Of a stretch of DNA of 64,000 bases, positions 48,851-60,169 are shown piece after piece (the stretch's first letter is position 1; every line of letters starts with the position of its first letter). The DNA is from Eukaryota sp. GEM-RC1 (lineage: Eukaryota): NCBI GenBank assembly GCA_040285855.1, contig JAUFOQ010000006.1, positions 186,001 through 250,000 of the forward strand, in the 5' to 3' direction. A program made the position numbers and the translations under genes. Under the pieces are notes generated by a model. The model did not search any database. It was not told the DNA's origin and saw only the letters and a list, made by a program, of their open reading frames with translations.

Positions 48851-49374
48851 CACTGGTTTGTCTAATTAGTCTCAGTGAGACTAATTCTAAAATTGACCTT
48901 TGAATTTTGTCAGTGAGACTATAATCCATAATCCAAATGAACTCTGTGTATTTTTCTAATTATTGTTTTTTCATATGCCCTAGCTTTACGGACTACTCTT
49001 TATGTCTCTTCATGACCAACCGTTGCAGCATTTGGTTTCGTTTAAGCACTCATCGGTCGACCTCAGGACGTTGCTGTTATTACCTCCGATGAAGATAATT
49101 GGGATTCTGATGGTATCACGGACTAGTTGAGCTGTATTAGACGTGGACTCTCTTTGAACAATTAAACATCACTCAAATACACCTTGTTTTTGAAGAACAT
49201 TATGAAAAATATTCGGAGTGTTTTTATGGCATTCATATTATCAATGATCATCAGTTTTGCGCAATGAATAGCAATAAGCAATGCTAAAGTTATCATATAC
49301 ATGTAATTAGTCTCAGTGAGATTAATTTTAAAATTGATGAAAACTTCCGGTGAGACTAATTAGACAAACCAGTG
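48851..49374. mobile_element. Tc1/mariner-type MITE
   Basis: Perfect 24-bp TIRs CACTGGTTTGTCTAATTAGTCTCA flanked by TA on both sides; internal repeats of TAATTAGTCTCAGTGAGA. Confidence 0.92.
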
Positions 49375-49497
49375 TACTACTGTATTACACAAGATGACGA
49401 CATATCCTACATGCCAATCCAATTTTCTGAAAGAATTTCTTTTACATTTTACTTATGATATTGTCCAGATCCTTGTACTTGGAAAGGGCATACTGGG

Positions 49498-51378
49498 GTG
49501 TTTTTCCCTTGGTCAATGTGCTTCATAGATGAAAACCTCTTTCATCCCCGTGATGTAGATCTCCACCCTCAAGTGCCTTCAGAACAGACATCTTTGATCG
49601 ATGTCTTTGATACTATTGGAGCAGTCATACCACCAGAAACTCCGCCAGACTCATTACGTTTATCTTTCTCCTTGGTGTGTTTGCAACAGTCTCTGTTATT
49701 ATTGATACAACTTCACTTATTGAGACGTATCTTTAGGACTGTCCTTGTGAACCATGATTTCCATCCTCATCTGCTCCTAACGTTGCTACAAGAAATACCC
49801 AGCTTCTTCAAAAATGTTGCATTTGCCAGTCAATATTTCTTTGAGTCCTCTTTTCTAGCCATTAGACAGTTATTTCAAACAAGCACGTTTCATGTTGTTA
49901 TTGAAGACTTTCATCAACTTTTTTCATTGGCTTCGTTCTTTGGAGCTGAGGTGCAGTCTGTTTTTCTGTACATTAACGACTCTATTAAATGTGAAGAATT
50001 ACTTAGATATTCCCAAATAATTTCAGGTTTGAAAATAATATTTAATTGTAAAACTGAATTGATGTTATTGGACAAGTTTCCTCTGTTTTTTCCGTGCCTT
50101 ACTCAGCTTCATCTTAAGCTGCGTTTTGTATCTATTGGAGCTGAAGGTACAGGATTCTTAGCCAAGACGTTAAAAATTCATTCTACAGTTAGAAGTCTTG
50201 ATCTGGGAGGAAACATCATTGGAGATGATGGTGTTAGGATATTGGCAGAGGCATTTAAGTTAAATACCACAGTGTCAAGTATTGTTCTGTGTGGAAACTC
50301 TATTGGAGCTGAATGTGCAAGAGTATTGGCAGAGGCGTTTAAAGTAAATTCAACTGTGACTTGTCTTAATTTAAGTGGCAACTCCATTGGAGATGAAGGC
50401 GCTAAATCTCTTTCACATGCTCTGAAAGTCAATACTTCTATAACAAATATCAATCTGGGTGGAAACTTAATTGGAGATGAAGGCGCTCGATCATTGTCAG
50501 ATGCAATTAAAATCAATTCAACTGTATCATCTATTAGTCTGTATTCAAACTCTATTGGTGAAGCAGGTGTTACAGCATTATCAGACTCTCTAAAAGTCAA
50601 TGCTACAGTTAAATGTCTCAATCTAAATTCAAACTCTATTGGAGATGAAGGATTAAACGGATTCGCTACGATGTTAGGGTTCAATACCTCACTGACAATT
50701 ATTGGATTAAAGGTAAATTCTATTGGATATGAAGGTGCTAAAAGCTTGGGACACGCTTTAAAATTTAATAATACATTGATAATCATGGATTTAAGCTACA
50801 ATTTAATTGGAAATGAAGGTGCCAAAAGCTTGGGAGATGCATTGAAATTCAATAATACTCTGGTAAACATTGATCTAAGTAGCAACACTATTGGAGATGA
50901 AGGTGCTAGAGCATTGGCTTGCGCATTAAAAGTTAATACTACTCTAACCTGCGTAAATTTATGTTTAAACTCAATTGGAGCTGAAGGTGCTGGACACCTC
51001 GCATCGGCAGTGTCTATTAATAATTCACTGAAGAGCATTGACCTTGGCATGAATTCTATTGGTGATGAAGGTGTTATGGCATTGGCTGATTCATTAAGAG
51101 GAAATTCAACAGTGACCAGTATTAATCTTGAAATGAATTCTATTGGAAATCAAGGTGTTATGGCATTGGCAGAGGGATTAAGATTCAATTCTACAGTGTC
51201 AATACTTTATTTGGAAGGAAATTCTATAGGAGATGAAGGTGCTAGAGCATTGGTGGATGCATTAAGGTTCAATTCAACAGTGACACATATTGATCTGGAA
51301 GGAAATTCTATTGGCAACGATTGTGCTAGAGTATTAGCTGATGCAATACAAGCCAACAAAAAGTCATTGTTGTTTTAA
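49498..51378 (+). CDS. F-box-like + RI-type LRR protein
   Basis: LQQSLLLLIQLHLL...FKNVAFASQYFFESSF, then about 15 28-aa LRRs. The true C-terminus probably extends to ~51491 via a frameshift in the A run at ~51358. Confidence 0.88.
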   Translation: MFFPWSMCFIDENLFHPRDVDLHPQVPSEQTSLIDVFDTIGAVIPPETPPDSLRLSFSLVCLQQSLLLLIQLHLLRRIFRTVLVNHDFHPHLLLTLLQEIPSFFKNVAFASQYFFESSFLAIRQLFQTSTFHVVIEDFHQLFSLASFFGAEVQSVFLYINDSIKCEELLRYSQIISGLKIIFNCKTELMLLDKFPLFFPCLTQLHLKLRFVSIGAEGTGFLAKTLKIHSTVRSLDLGGNIIGDDGVRILAEAFKLNTTVSSIVLCGNSIGAECARVLAEAFKVNSTVTCLNLSGNSIGDEGAKSLSHALKVNTSITNINLGGNLIGDEGARSLSDAIKINSTVSSISLYSNSIGEAGVTALSDSLKVNATVKCLNLNSNSIGDEGLNGFATMLGFNTSLTIIGLKVNSIGYEGAKSLGHALKFNNTLIIMDLSYNLIGNEGAKSLGDALKFNNTLVNIDLSSNTIGDEGARALACALKVNTTLTCVNLCLNSIGAEGAGHLASAVSINNSLKSIDLGMNSIGDEGVMALADSLRGNSTVTSINLEMNSIGNQGVMALAEGLRFNSTVSILYLEGNSIGDEGARALVDALRFNSTVTHIDLEGNSIGNDCARVLADAIQANKKSLLF

Positions 51379-51684
51379 AGAAGAAGAAAATACTTTTTGG
51401 TATGTTTAAACCACCATTTCTACACAATACTTTAATGAAAGATGTTTTTCCAGAACGAATTACGATTAGGATCCAACAATACAATTACTAATTATACCAA
51501 ATAATCTTACGTGGTAAGATATGTTTTGCAAGTGTTTTTGAGTGTTCTGCATTTAATATTCATTTTAATATATTTATTTGTGTTTTACTTATTGGATACA
51601 CTTCTGTTTTTCCTCTATTCAGTCGTTCTGAACACTTATAGTTGACTTATTGCTGCACTACAGCAAGTTACAACCGAATGAATA

Positions 51685-51870
51685 CTATTCCTGTTCCTCT
51701 TCAAAAGGACTATGTCTCATTTTGTAGAATTCTCCCTTTTCTTCGTCCTTGGACTTGGGGTCTGGAGGAAAGTACCCAGCACGTCGTTGCCTACATTTCT
51801 CTGCGCTTTCAAGATTACTCTCGACAAGCTCCTTCAGCCTACGTTCTTCCTTTTGCTGATCAGTTGACAT
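51685..51870 (-). CDS. Small charged hypothetical protein
   Basis: ATG-initiated 61-aa ORF with protein-like charged composition; no family recognised. Confidence 0.4.
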   Translation of the reverse strand: MSTDQQKEERRLKELVESNLESAEKCRQRRAGYFPPDPKSKDEEKGEFYKMRHSPFEEEQE

Positions 51871-52209
51871 GAAGTTGAAATTCTCTTACGATGTTTAGTT
51901 CAGGTATCATTAATAGAGGGTATCTGTTTTTGTTGAAAGAAAGTTTGTCTTCTTGAAATATACATTCAACTACTAGTCATACCATTGATTACTTTAATAT
52001 ATTTGAATCAATATTCTGTTTTCAAGTTGAAACATCAACTAAAGCCACTCATTTAAGTTGTCGAAATTGGTAAAGTAATAGATCTAACAACTCGAATAAT
52101 AGTCACGTCATCAATCAAATTGTTTATCAAGGGATGACACAATTCTCTTGACTTTAAATCGTCAAAATCAAAACGAGATTTTGCAATAAACAAAAAAGAA
52201 CTAAAACTA

Positions 52210-53644
52210 CTAAACTGGAGAAGCCCGAAGTCTATTCTCTGTCTTAAACGCCTCCTTCTTCCAATCAACTAAAAACACCAACACAAGTAAACAAAAAAGC
52301 AGCAAGGGTCAAAGCAATTACTATACTATACCACAATCCCTGTACCCCCCAACCAAGAGTAAACGAGAAGTAAAAGGAAAGTGGAATGGAAACTCCATAA
52401 TAACATAGAATAGCAACTACAGATGCCACCATATTCTTCCCAATTCCACGAATAACACCTGCACTTACAGCCTGAAGTCCATCAACTATTTGAAAAGCCA
52501 CTGCTGGTACAAACAGGCCAGTTGCAGTCTCTATAACCTCCTTGTCTGTAATAAACCATCGAGGAATCTGCTTCCGAAGAGAAAAGAAGAAGATACCGAA
52601 CAAAGACATGATTGCCACACTAAATAACAACGCGGTATGCGCTGTCTTCTTGGCTCTTTTATACTCCCCTGCTCCCATTAAGTGACCAACTTTAATACTA
52701 GAGGCCATTGCTAATCCTAAACAAACAGAGTACGATAAAGAGACGGAATTAAGGAGAATGGCATGAGCTGAAGCAGCGATTTCATCAATGGCGCCGGCAA
52801 TTAACGACCAGATAGTAAACGCGAGACCTTCTGAACACATGAACAGCATTGCAGGAAGTGAGATGCCTAGATATATTTTAAATTGTGCATATTTTAAATT
52901 TTTCTTACTCCATGGAACCCAAACTTTCTTGAAATAAGGTCTATTTCTATGATAGAAACAAATCATAATTAGAGGCCATATTCTAGCTAAACCTGTACTT
53001 AACGCTGCTCCAAAGAATCCCCAACCCATAATAAAAATAAAAATATAATTAGTAATAGCGTTAATAACGTTTGTAATTGCAAGACAAATTACTTGAACCC
53101 ACACAATTCCTTGACATTCTAGAAGTTTCTGACCAAAGACTGTGAATAAAACAGCAAAAGGAATTGAAAAGATTTGAGTCCTCATGTAAATACCAGCTCT
53201 TTCTACCAATAAAGTATCAGTAAAACCAATAAAAAACAACAATTTCTCACTAAAAGTCCAGCAAAGCGCTGGTACAAGAGAAAGAACTAGTGAAACGATA
53301 AGAGATTGTTGTAGGTAAGCACCTACCTTGGAGAAAGACTTTGCACCTATAGCTGTGTTGGCTAGGCAGTCTAGACCACTAGTAGAAAGAAGAGGGACTG
53401 AGAGAGTGACGAAAACAAGAGCACCACCAATAGCAGCTGATGCCATTTGAGATCCAAGAGCTCTTCCGATCATGAGCCCATCAACAGTTTGAAGAAACAT
53501 GGTAAGGAAAGTGTAACATAGTGAAGGGAGAGCAAGACGAACAAGAGCTTTCGCATCTGATTTCACAACAGAAAGAGTTGGAGGTTCAGGAGAAGGTGTG
53601 GGTGATGATGAAGGTATTTGTTTAGTAGATGTCAAGTTCTCCAT
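52210..53644 (-). CDS. MATE-family multidrug/toxin efflux transporter
   Basis: About 12 TM segments; LALPS, GFFGAALST, IKVGHLMGAG, FQIVDGLQAVSAGVIRGIG, WGVQGLW. One added T near 52273 gives the typical DWKKEA tail ending at TAG 52210. Confidence 0.93.
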
Positions 53645-53744
53645 CTGAAGTAGAAATGTTGTTTTCAATTTTTCCAACCACAATCAAACCACCCACCTTC
53701 TATCTTCGAGTCTGACTCGCCTGCTTCCTATCTCACTCTTTTCT

Positions 53745-56700
53745 ATGTCTTCTCTCAAATCTTCTCGACGAACTGTTAGAACTGGGGATACTGTTAAACG
53801 TGAAATCTTGGCAAAACTACGGAAAGATGCCAAGGAAAAAGCTCGACGTGAGAAAGAGGAGGAATCAAAACGTCTTCGAGCACAACAGGAACGAGAACAA
53901 CGTCGAACTGAGACCATGATTAAAGTTAAGGAACGTTTAATGAAAGGAATTTCCCCAATTCCTAAAGGCAAACCAAGACCTGTCAAGTCTGAAAGTATAC
54001 AACAACGTATTAGACAAATTGAAGAGTTTAATCGACAACAATTTGCTAAACAACGAGAAAAAAGCCAAGTTCAAACTGGAACAGGAGAAAAAACGTAAAC
54101 TATCTCAGCAATCTTCAGCTAGACTAGTTCAGGACCAAAAGGAACAAGAAATACGAGAGAGAAGAGAACGAGCAAGAAAGTTGTTATCAGAACAATTGGA
54201 CCGACGTCGTACTATGGGAGTTACACCTTTGAACATGTATACATCACCAAGTGAAGAAGAAACTTTCGTAAGGAACAAAGCTAGAGTACGTCTTTTAGAA
54301 GAGTTTGTTAAGAAAACACAGAATAGTATACAACCCAATAGACACGAAACATCAGTAGAACCATCGGTTACACGTAAACCTAGGCATCCGTCAAGGCCCA
54401 AAAGGACCTCAAAACGTCCTGAAAGTACCCCAGCTCCAACAAGGAGTTCACGTCGATCCTCCACTTGTTCTGCTAGGTCTTCTATCTCTTCTAGGTCTTC
54501 CCGGCAGAAATCCCCCCATGTTTTCGTTCCTACGCTTCCTTTATCAGAACCTGCCGGCAATTTTCAAGATTACACAAATCTTGTACCACCTCCACCTCTC
54601 ACACCACCTTCTCTCACTCCCCCTTGTACTCACGAACAAGGCGTTGGCAGTCATCTTGATACCTTCGATGTCTCTATTCTGGCTGACTATCCCTTAACTG
54701 ACGCTGCTGTACAATGGTCTGACCCTGAAGATTATCATTATTTAGATAAAGATGTTCTAGCTAAGGATGAACTTCTCTTTGCAGAAACCCAAACCAGTAG
54801 CAGGATATATTCTTCTCCCTGTGATCAAGACACAAGCTGTCATGTACCTGAACTTGTTGATGCTGCTACAAGTCCACCTTTGCCTGAACAATCATTACCT
54901 AAGTCACCTCAATATGAACAATCTTCACCAAAATCGTCTTATTATGAACAATCATTACCAAAATATGAACAATTTATTCAACCACAGTCTATAGATGAAG
55001 CGTCATTTGATGAGCAGTCTTTTTATGAAGAGACTTTACCTAAGTCTCATCAATTTGAACAATCTCTTAATCCTCAACAACAGTTTCCACCTAAATCGTC
55101 CCTTGTTGACCAGTCTGTTTCCGAATCCCGTCCTCTAATGGTAAATGTCAGTGTCCCGTCATCCCGATCAAAAGTCCAAAAGATAATAGTCCGTCGAGCT
55201 CCACTCCAATCAAGCAACTTCCAACTCCAAATTCTAGTAACAACTTCCAAGGTACAAGAAAAGATCAAATAGAAAAACCAAAGAGTCAAAAGTTGTCTAA
55301 CCTACCAGCTAAGAAGTCGACAAAGTTCAAGAAAAACAATTACTATACTGACCCTTTCAGAATCAAATCAGTAGTTAAACGTAAGAAGCTCAAAAAGAAG
55401 TCCAAATCTCAAAAATCACAAGATGTTGGACAAGATTTTTCCACTGTAGATGTTGATTTTACTCCACGGGAGCCTAATCAGTCGACTGAAGATTTCTCTA
55501 TAGCGTCAGTGCTGAGCTCCACTCCACAGACATCATACCCAAGATCATTTTCTGATGATGACGACATTCTGAGCTCTATTTCTGAGTATTCTACCATCAT
55601 TTCTCACCTGTCAAAGGATTCAGGTCGACCGTCGGACAGTCAATCACCTTCCCAAACCACCGAGTGCACGTCATCAGATCAATCATTGTATTATTCTCCA
55701 CAACAACTTCGTGATCAAGGGAAACGAGCTCTTGATTCTCTTTTGTCTATTGAGCAGCATGAACAAATGTACAAAGCCATTGAACAAGCTCGCGAAGTAG
55801 CTGAACAAGGACTCGTATCATCACATAAATCTTTGAATTTAGATAATTTAAGAATTCCAGAGGTACGTGCTTCCCAATCAAGACAGTCGCAATCAGAACC
55901 AAAACCATCACTCACTTTTGATGAGATGCTACAAACTGACGTTCATCTTTCGGATTCCTTTGCTAAGAACTCTGTTTCTCATCAAACTAACACCTCTAAG
56001 ACCCAATCTAAAGATAGTGATTCACAGTACTCGAAAAGAAGTCATCAGAAGTCAAAGGTTGATTATTCTGATCGTGGCAGTCTGATTCGTGCTGGTAAGG
56101 CTCGTAAAGCAATAGCAGAAATTGATAATACTGTCAGATCAATCAAATATGGGCTTTTGAAACATTGTGGACCTGGACTTGTTACTAATGATTTGACAAG
56201 TCCTTGTTTGGATACAAGTAGTGATTTCAGCTATTTTGAATTGAAGAAAAACGAAACTGGTGAGTCGACTGTTCATCAACCTGATTTTTCAGTAGATTTA
56301 AACCAGTCAAAATCAATAGTCGAATATCAAAATAACTGCAATGAATCAAAGATTTCTGAAAAATTAAAATTGTCCTCAGAAGACGAAGCTCCTGTTGAAA
56401 TTAAGCACGAAAATGTGGATTATTCTGATGAATTTGATGACTCCAAAGAATCAAAAATTTCTGAAAATTTACAATTGTCCTCAGAAGATGAAGCTCCTGT
56501 TAAAATTAAGCACGAAAATATGGATTATTCTGATGAATTTGATGACTCCAAAGAATCAAAGATTTCTGAAAATTTACAATTGTCCTCAGAAGTTGAAGCT
56601 CCTGTAGAAATTAAGCACGAAAATGTGGATTATTCTGGTGAATTTGATGACTCCAAAGAATCAAAGATTTCTGAAAATTTAAAATTGTCTTCAGAAGATG

Positions 56701-59513
56701 AAGCTCCTGTTAAAATTAAGCACGAAAATATGGATTATTCTGATGAATTTGATGACTCCAAGGAATCAAAGATTTCTGAAAATTTACAATTGTCTTCAGA
56801 AGATGAAGCTCCTGTTGAAATTAAGCACGAAAATATGGATTATTCTGATGAATTTGATGACTCCAAAGAATCAAAAATTTCTGAAAATTTACAATTGTCC
56901 TCAGAAGATGAAGCTCCTGTTAAAATTAAGCACGAAAATGTGGATTATTCTGGTGAATTTGATGACTCCAAAGAATCAAAGATTTCTGAAAATTTAAAAT
57001 TGTCTTCAGAAGATGAAGCTCCTGTTAAAATTAAGCACGAAAATATGGATTATTCTGATGAATTTGATGACTCCAAAGAATCAAAGATTTCTGAAAATTT
57101 ACAATTGTCTTCAGAAGATGAAGCTCCTGTTGAAATTAAGCACGAAAATTTTGATTATTCTGATGAATTTGATGACTCCAAAGAATCAAAGATTTCTGAA
57201 AATTTACAATTGTCTTCAGAAGATGAAGCTCCTGTTGAAATTAAGCACGAAAATTTGGATTATTCTGATGAATTTGATGACTCCAAAGAATCAAAGATTT
57301 CTGAAAATTTACAATTGTCCTCAGAAGATGAAGCTCCTGTTGAAATTAAGCACGAAAATTTGAATTCTTCTGATGAATTTGATGACTCCAAAGAATTAAA
57401 GATTTCTGAAAATTTACAATTGTCTTCAGAAGATGAAGCTCCTGTTGAAATTAAGCACGAAAATGTGGATTATTCTGATGAATTTGATGACTCCAAAGAA
57501 TCAAAAATTTCTGAAAATTTACAATTGTCCTCAGAAGATGAAGCTCCTGTTAAAATTAAGCACGAAAATGTGGATTATTCTGGTGAATTTGATGACTCCA
57601 AAGAATCAAAGATTTCTGAAAATTTAAAATTGTCTTCAGAAGATGAAGCTCCTGTTGAAATTAAGCACGAAAATTTGAATTCTTCTGATGAATTTGATGA
57701 CTCCAAAGAATTAAAGATTTCTGAAAATTTACAATTGTCTTCAGAAGATGAAGCTCCTGTTGAAATTAAGCACGAAAATGTGGATTATTCTGATGAATTT
57801 GATGACTCCAAAGAATCAAAAATTTCTGAAAATTTACAATTGTCCTCAGAAGATGAAGCTCCTGTTAAAATTAAGCACGAAAATGTGGATTATTCTGGTG
57901 AATTTGATGACTCCAAAGAATCAAAGATTTCTGAAAATTTAAAATTGTCTTCAGAAGATGAAGCTCCTGTTGAAATTAAGCACGAAAATGTGGATTATTC
58001 TGATGAATTTGATGACTCCAAAGAATCAAAAATTTCTGAAAATTTACAATTGTCCTCAGAAGATGAAGCTCCTGTTGAAATTAAGCACGAAAATGTGGAT
58101 TTATCTGATGAATTTGATGACTCCAAAGCATCAAAATCTTCTGAAAATTTAAAATTGTCCTCAGAAGATGAAGCTCCTGTAGAAATTAAGCACGAAAATG
58201 TGGATTATTCTGATGAATTTGATGACTCCAAAGAATCAAAGATTTCTGAAAATTTACAATTGTCCTCAGAAGATGAAGCTCCTGTTGAAATTAAGCACGA
58301 AAATTTGGATCATTCTGATGAATTTGGTGACTCCAAAGAATCAAAGATTTCTGAAAATTTAAAATTGTCCTCAGAAGATGAAGCTCCTGTAGAAATTAAG
58401 CACGAAAATGTGGATTATTCTGATGAATTTGATGACTCCAAAGAATCAAAGATTTCTGAAAATTTAAAATTGTCCTCAGAAGATGAAGCTCCTGTAGAAA
58501 TTAAGCACGAAAATGTGGATTATTCTGATGAATTTGATGACTCCAAAGAATCAAAGATTTCTGAAAATTTACAATTGTCCTCAGAAGATGAAGCTCCTGT
58601 TGAAATTAAGCACGAAAATTTGGATTATTCTGATGAATTTGATGACTCCAAAGAATCAAAGATTTCTGAAAATTTAAAATTGTCCTCAGAAGATGAAGCT
58701 CCTGTAGAAATTAAGCACGAAAATGTGGATTATTCTGATGAATTTGATGACTCCAAAGAATCAAAGATTTCTGAAAATTTACAATTGTCCTCAGAAGATG
58801 AAGCTCCTGTTGAAATTAAGCACGAAAATTTGGATTATTCTAGTGAATTTGATGACTCCAAAGAATCAAAGATTTCTGAAAATTTAAAATTGTCCTCAGA
58901 AGATGAAGCTCCTGTAGAAATTAAGCACGAAAATGTGGATTATTCTGATGAATTTGATGACTCCAAAGAATCAAAGATTTCTGAAAATTTAAAATTGTCC
59001 TCAGAAGATGAAGCTCCTGTAGAAATTAAGCACGAAAATGTGGATTATTCTGATGAATTTGATGACTCTAAAGAATCAAAGATTTCTGAAAATTTAAAAT
59101 CATCTTCGGACGTTGAAATCTCCCCATTTCCACTTGATGTTCTTCACGCAGCAGCTGATAGTGTAGTTCTAGATCTTATTTACCAAGAACTAGCTTCATC
59201 GCGGAGCTTTTCTCCTTCTAATATTCCAGATGTTTCCACAGTAGATCCTCTTGTCCACGAACTCCTTTCATCAACTTACTTACGATCTTCACTTGACTTA
59301 GAGTTTGATCATATTAATTTAGCACATAGATCTCAACGACTACTTGCAAATGCTGCTTCTGCGTGTGCTGATCCTGGTCTGGTTTCCCGACAGTTAGTAT
59401 CTCTTGTTTGTCAACAGGAAATGAATACGTGTGTGAAGTCCTTTGTTGAACAAATTTCTGATGAAATATTTAATTATTTTGTTGACACTGAAAGTAGGCG
59501 GCTGTTGCACTGA
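53745..59513 (+). CDS. Large coiled-coil/low-complexity protein with a 35-aa acidic tandem repeat (probably one gene)
   Basis: ORFs 53745-54098, 54019-55272 and 55293-59513 are co-oriented and contiguous. The first join is at an A run (~54058); the second (~55250-55290) is unresolved. The C-terminus EQISDEIFNYFVD loosely resembles CEP350/DUF4378-type ends. Confidence 0.7.
56341..59103 (+). repeat. Coding tandem array of 105-bp units, about 26 copies
   Basis: Unit ESKISENL(Q/K)LSSEDEAPV(E/K)IKHEN(V/M/L)DYSDEFDDSK; units are nearly identical at DNA level. Confidence 0.97.
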
Positions 59514-59699
59514 AGTTGTATGGTGAATTTTTGATTTTTCTTTTGATTCGGTTCTTAATCTGTTTTTTCGGTTTGTATTATATTTATTATTACGATTTGT
59601 TTCGGCCGTAAAATCTTCTTGAACAATCAATAAATCGTCAACAAATTTTGAATAAATTAAAGTTTATGTCATAAATTAACTGAGTACAAACTACTGGTA

Positions 59700-60165
59700 C
59701 TTAAATGATACATACTACCGAAATTCAGCAGAGAAGCATTTTCTCTTTGTCTTTGTGTGTTCGCAAGTTACAGAAGAAGTTTGTTTTGTTTCACGAAAGC
59801 TTAGACTTTAAAAACCGTATTAGCTTGGCTAAGACTAAGAGTCCCGCTTTTTGTGCTTTTTTTGAATGATATTTCTTCAAGCTCTGCATCTTCATTTGTT
59901 TCTCGTTTGCCAAGAAAATTTTGTTTTAATCTTAAGGATCATGAATTTTTTGAAAAAGGGAAGTTTTTATGGATATAATGAAATAAATAGTCTAAAACTC
60001 ACTATCATCAAAGGATCATGAATGGCTTATAAACATGAGACTTAGGTTAGGTTTATGGCCTTCAGGTCTTTTGAAACATTCTCCATGTCTGTGTGGTCGT
60101 TCAAAGGCTTCAAATTTTCATCATTTAGTTAACTGTCATCAATTTATTCGTTCCTTTCATCGATT
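59700..60165 (+). mobile_element. Decayed RLE-type non-LTR retrotransposon fragment
   Basis: ISLAKTKSPAF..., WLINMRLRLGLWP...CLCGR...FHHLVNC; paralogous to 60795-61040. Confidence 0.75.
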
Positions 60166-60169
60166 ATTC

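Noticed and set aside
8746..54098. Widespread programmed ribosomal frameshifting (Euplotes-like), e.g. CCC-TGA at 20555
   Set aside because: Shifts go in both directions, mostly fall in homopolymer or dinucleotide runs and share no slippery/stop motif, which is the pattern of unpolished long-read error. Short-read polishing would settle it.
56395..58152. Repeated MKLLLKLSTK ORFs
   Set aside because: Alternative-frame translations of the 105-bp array.
56341..59103. CRISPR-like array
   Set aside because: There are no unique spacers; the units are contiguous, in frame and protein-coding, and no cas genes are present.
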